Shown in pieces: positions 61,471-64,000 of a DNA stretch of 64,000 bases. Each line of letters starts with the position of its first letter. The stretch's first letter is position 1. Location of the stretch: contig JAHDVH010000003.1 of NCBI GenBank assembly GCA_023382385.1, positions 278,806 through 342,805 on the forward strand. The letters are read 5' to 3'. The position numbers and the translations under genes were made by a program. This DNA comes from a bacterium (GTDB lineage Bacteria; Electryoneota; RPQS01). The notes below the pieces were generated by a model. The model had not been told where the DNA came from. It saw only the letters and a list, made by a program, of their open reading frames with translations, and did no database searches.

Positions 61471-62077
61471 GTGGGGACTTACCGCCGCCTTACTGATTGC
61501 AAGCTGTCACGCTGCTCTGGCACAGTCCGACAGCTTACTCAAAGAGTGGCGCTCTCTGACTGTGCGCAACGAGCTGGTCAAGTCGAACGCTCCTTACCTT
61601 GTGCTGGATTCCCAGTCACAGAGGGTAGAGATTCGATTGGGTGGCGGCGTGGTCTGGGAAATGGAAGAAGACTCCGGGACGGCCAAACTGAATGTCAAGA
61701 AGTTCATCGAGGACTTTCATCCCGATTCCGCGCTTGTCTATAGCGTCGCATCGGTTCAGCTTCTGAAATATGAACCTCGCTTCCCCGATTCATTGCTCGA
61801 AATCGTCAGCGGAGCTATGGATATGGATCCTTCTCTCTTGCAGCGTGAGATTCCGGTGATGTTCGAAGTGCAGTGGAGGCACGGTCCAAAGCTCTTGGTT
61901 CATTCCAAGCCGGAAGGACAGCCCATTCCAGTCCAGATCTCTTGGCGCGTGAAACTTGATCGTTGGCTGTCTAAGTTCGGCGGGTCGGCGGTGTATGATG
62001 TGCAGATCGATCGCGAACATGCATTGACTTTGTATCGTGTCCTGCGCGAAGGCGCGCCCCTCCTCGTTATCCGATAG
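61460..62077 (+). CDS. Exported LDT-like protein lacking catalytic His/Cys
   Basis: Signal peptide; YLVLD...RVEIRLGG.VV and ALTLYRVLREGAPLLVI resemble YkuD terminal elements; no HG or SxGC. Confidence 0.7.
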   Translation: MFTKWGLTAALLIASCHAALAQSDSLLKEWRSLTVRNELVKSNAPYLVLDSQSQRVEIRLGGGVVWEMEEDSGTAKLNVKKFIEDFHPDSALVYSVASVQLLKYEPRFPDSLLEIVSGAMDMDPSLLQREIPVMFEVQWRHGPKLLVHSKPEGQPIPVQISWRVKLDRWLSKFGGSAVYDVQIDREHALTLYRVLREGAPLLVIR

Positions 62078-62101
62078 AATTTCGACTTCCTTAAACATGA
62101 A

Positions 62102-62127
62102 CGGGGCCTCCCAAATGGGAGGCCCCG
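62102..62127. terminator. Hairpin terminator between convergent genes
   Basis: CGGGGCCTCCCA-aa-TGGGAGGCCCCG. Confidence 0.75.
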
Positions 62128-62150
62128 CTGCATTGCTTATGCGGCCCTGC

Positions 62151-63806
62151 TTACTTTAGCAATAGCATCTTGCGCGTTGCCGTGAAGTTCCCGGCATCGA
62201 GGCGGTAGAAGTACACTCCGCTCGGCAGTGATGCGGCATCAAAGGACACCGTATAGGAACCGGCAGTCTGGCTGCGGCTCACAAGCGTCGTCACTTCTTC
62301 GCCCGTGACTGTGAAAATCTTCAACGTCACCTTGGCGGCATCCGCCAGCGTATAGCTGATGTTCGTCTCGGGGTTGAACGGGTTCGGGAAATTCTGCGCC
62401 AATGCAAACTCGCTCACTGTCCCTGTTCCGCGCGGTGTCGCGCTGGCGATCTGCGAATGCACGCTACGGCTGCCATCAAGGTCAACGATCGTCAAGCGAT
62501 AGTTGTAAGCCGTGCCGGCAACGACGTTGCCGTCGGTGAACGTATAATGTGTCTCCGACGAGCTTTCACCGCGAGCTTGCAGCTGAGCGACGGTCGACCA
62601 CGCATTCAGGTCGGTCGAGCGGTCCAGTATGAAGTGACTGGTCGCTTGCTCAGTGGCAGTGCTCCAATTCACGCGAACCGCATTCTCCAGACCGACGGCG
62701 CTGAACGATGCCATCTGCACGGGCAGAATGTCGTCAATCGTGATGCAGAAACAACCTGCGTAGTCGTCGCCGTCCGGTGGAATCAACTGCCGATTTGCGT
62801 CAGCGAGCAGACACAGCACGAGATACCAGTTCATGTCCTCGCCTTGACGAATCTCCCAGCTGATCTCGCCGCTGCCCGGCGAACAGTCCGGAACATCACA
62901 CTCAATGCAGCCCGGAACGTACGTGAAATCCGTAAACACCGGCGGATTGTACGGTGTGTTCAAGTGAATCCACAGTTCCTGCGCACAGCAACACAAACTA
63001 ACACAGTAGGAACCTGCTCCGGAAATCTCACCCGGTCCCCACGTCTCGCAGCAGTAAACCTGAATGTCGAGCGTCTGCGGTTGGCCGTTGTCAACAATAC
63101 TGGCAAGGCGGTTGCCGCCGCATTCCCAATTGCAAACTCCGCCGTCATTGCGCTGGAACTTGTATTGAATCGAGGGATTCGAGCCACCGACAAAGACAAA
63201 CGTGCCCTCCCAGATTCCGTCGTTGTTGAAATCGTTCATTGCGCCGTTCGGATTGCACATGCTCCAGCCGAGGAAGTCGCCTGTGAAGAACACGCCGCCT
63301 TCGAACAAGTCGGGGTTCACACAGTTCATATCCACGCGGAACGTAACTGCCACATCGGCCGAGAGGCCCGGCTGAATATGCAGCGTAAATGGCGGGCTGT
63401 TGCCTGCCTGATCCTGCGCGCCTTCATACCAGCTATCGTCAGAGATGTCGCGAATCCTGACATAGAAATAGGTGTCTTCTCCACCTACTGTCGAACTGGA
63501 GGGAATCGTCCCCCACCATTCATCGTTGTTGCCGATCTCCACGTTGTAGGCCATCATCACGGAATCATAATCTGCGGCGCTGGCGGTCTTGTAGTACAAC
63601 CAGCCTTCTACGTCTGCGCACGGGCCGGGCGAATCCGTACAGCCGCCCTTCCAAACCTGCACGTAGACTCCGATGTTGTCGGTCGGGAGATAAGTTTGGC
63701 CGCTCGTGGGCCAAATCTGGCCGGCCCAGCCAATTGCTGCATGAGCACTTGTTGTGCCGAGGGCCATTAGCGTTAAACAGATAAACAAGGTCTTAAAAGA
63801 TTTCAT
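62151..63806 (-). CDS. Cys-rich multidomain secreted protein with CBM20/48-like module and T9SS-like CTD
   Basis: Signal peptide; VTFRVDMN..GVFFTGDF.GW..DGIWEGT..YKF; LPVQMASFSA..W.TATE module; AQNFPNPFNPET...TRKMLLLK. Confidence 0.82.
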   Translation of the reverse strand: MKSFKTLFICLTLMALGTTSAHAAIGWAGQIWPTSGQTYLPTDNIGVYVQVWKGGCTDSPGPCADVEGWLYYKTASAADYDSVMMAYNVEIGNNDEWWGTIPSSSTVGGEDTYFYVRIRDISDDSWYEGAQDQAGNSPPFTLHIQPGLSADVAVTFRVDMNCVNPDLFEGGVFFTGDFLGWSMCNPNGAMNDFNNDGIWEGTFVFVGGSNPSIQYKFQRNDGGVCNWECGGNRLASIVDNGQPQTLDIQVYCCETWGPGEISGAGSYCVSLCCCAQELWIHLNTPYNPPVFTDFTYVPGCIECDVPDCSPGSGEISWEIRQGEDMNWYLVLCLLADANRQLIPPDGDDYAGCFCITIDDILPVQMASFSAVGLENAVRVNWSTATEQATSHFILDRSTDLNAWSTVAQLQARGESSSETHYTFTDGNVVAGTAYNYRLTIVDLDGSRSVHSQIASATPRGTGTVSEFALAQNFPNPFNPETNISYTLADAAKVTLKIFTVTGEEVTTLVSRSQTAGSYTVSFDAASLPSGVYFYRLDAGNFTATRKMLLLK

Positions 63807-63860
63807 AAAACTGCTCCGTATCCTTTCATGGTGACATGTTGTTGCAGACGCAGTATAGCT

Positions 63861-63889
63861 AATATATTCTTCATGGACTCTGATGTCAA
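63861..63889 (-). promoter_or_regulatory. Sigma70 promoter of the 63806 gene
   Basis: TTGACA-N17-TATATT on the minus strand. Confidence 0.65.
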
Positions 63890-64000
63890 TATGTCGGTAT
63901 ACTAATAATGATTTTCATGGCAGTTTGCCCGTTTCGTCACAGGAATCAAACCTCTTATTAACCGGATGTTTATTCTATATCTATGGCTTTTGGTTGGTTT

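Noticed and set aside
62457..63770. 437 aa plus-strand ORF
   Set aside because: Antisense shadow of the 62151-63806 gene; explained by codon bias.

Overview
Chromosomal, mostly housekeeping window from a diderm bacterium, most likely a non-Bacteroidota FCB-group lineage (Calditrichota/KSB1/Zixibacteria/Electryoneota-like). This placement is inferred from T9SS-like 'QNFPNPFNP...TRKMLLLK' C-terminal domains, DUF494-topA-xerC-hpf-hprK synteny and hrcA-grpE-dnaJ without dnaK. It contains secA/nusB, a branched-chain amino-acid/acyl-CoA catabolic cluster with a split MCC alpha subunit, recJ, rnpB, a CAT-anticodon tRNA (likely Ile2), a polX-glgC-pdp operon, trx/dsbD, a eukaryote-like citrate synthase and chaperone genes. 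I found no CRISPR, prophage or transposon. The most interesting locus is 59049-62077: an Ala-rich helical lipoprotein ending in Lys, a YafK/DpaA-type L,D-transpeptidase carrying a paralogous copy of the lipoprotein's helical domain, an ErfK-type L,D-transpeptidase and a catalytically dead LDT-like protein. This is a candidate non-Lpp outer-membrane-to-peptidoglycan tethering system. A terminator/antiterminator RNA switch between the tRNA and DUF164-rnhA-rnpB, and a histone H1-like N-terminal tail on TopA, also merit follow-up. All family assignments come from motif recognition by eye; no database searches were run.
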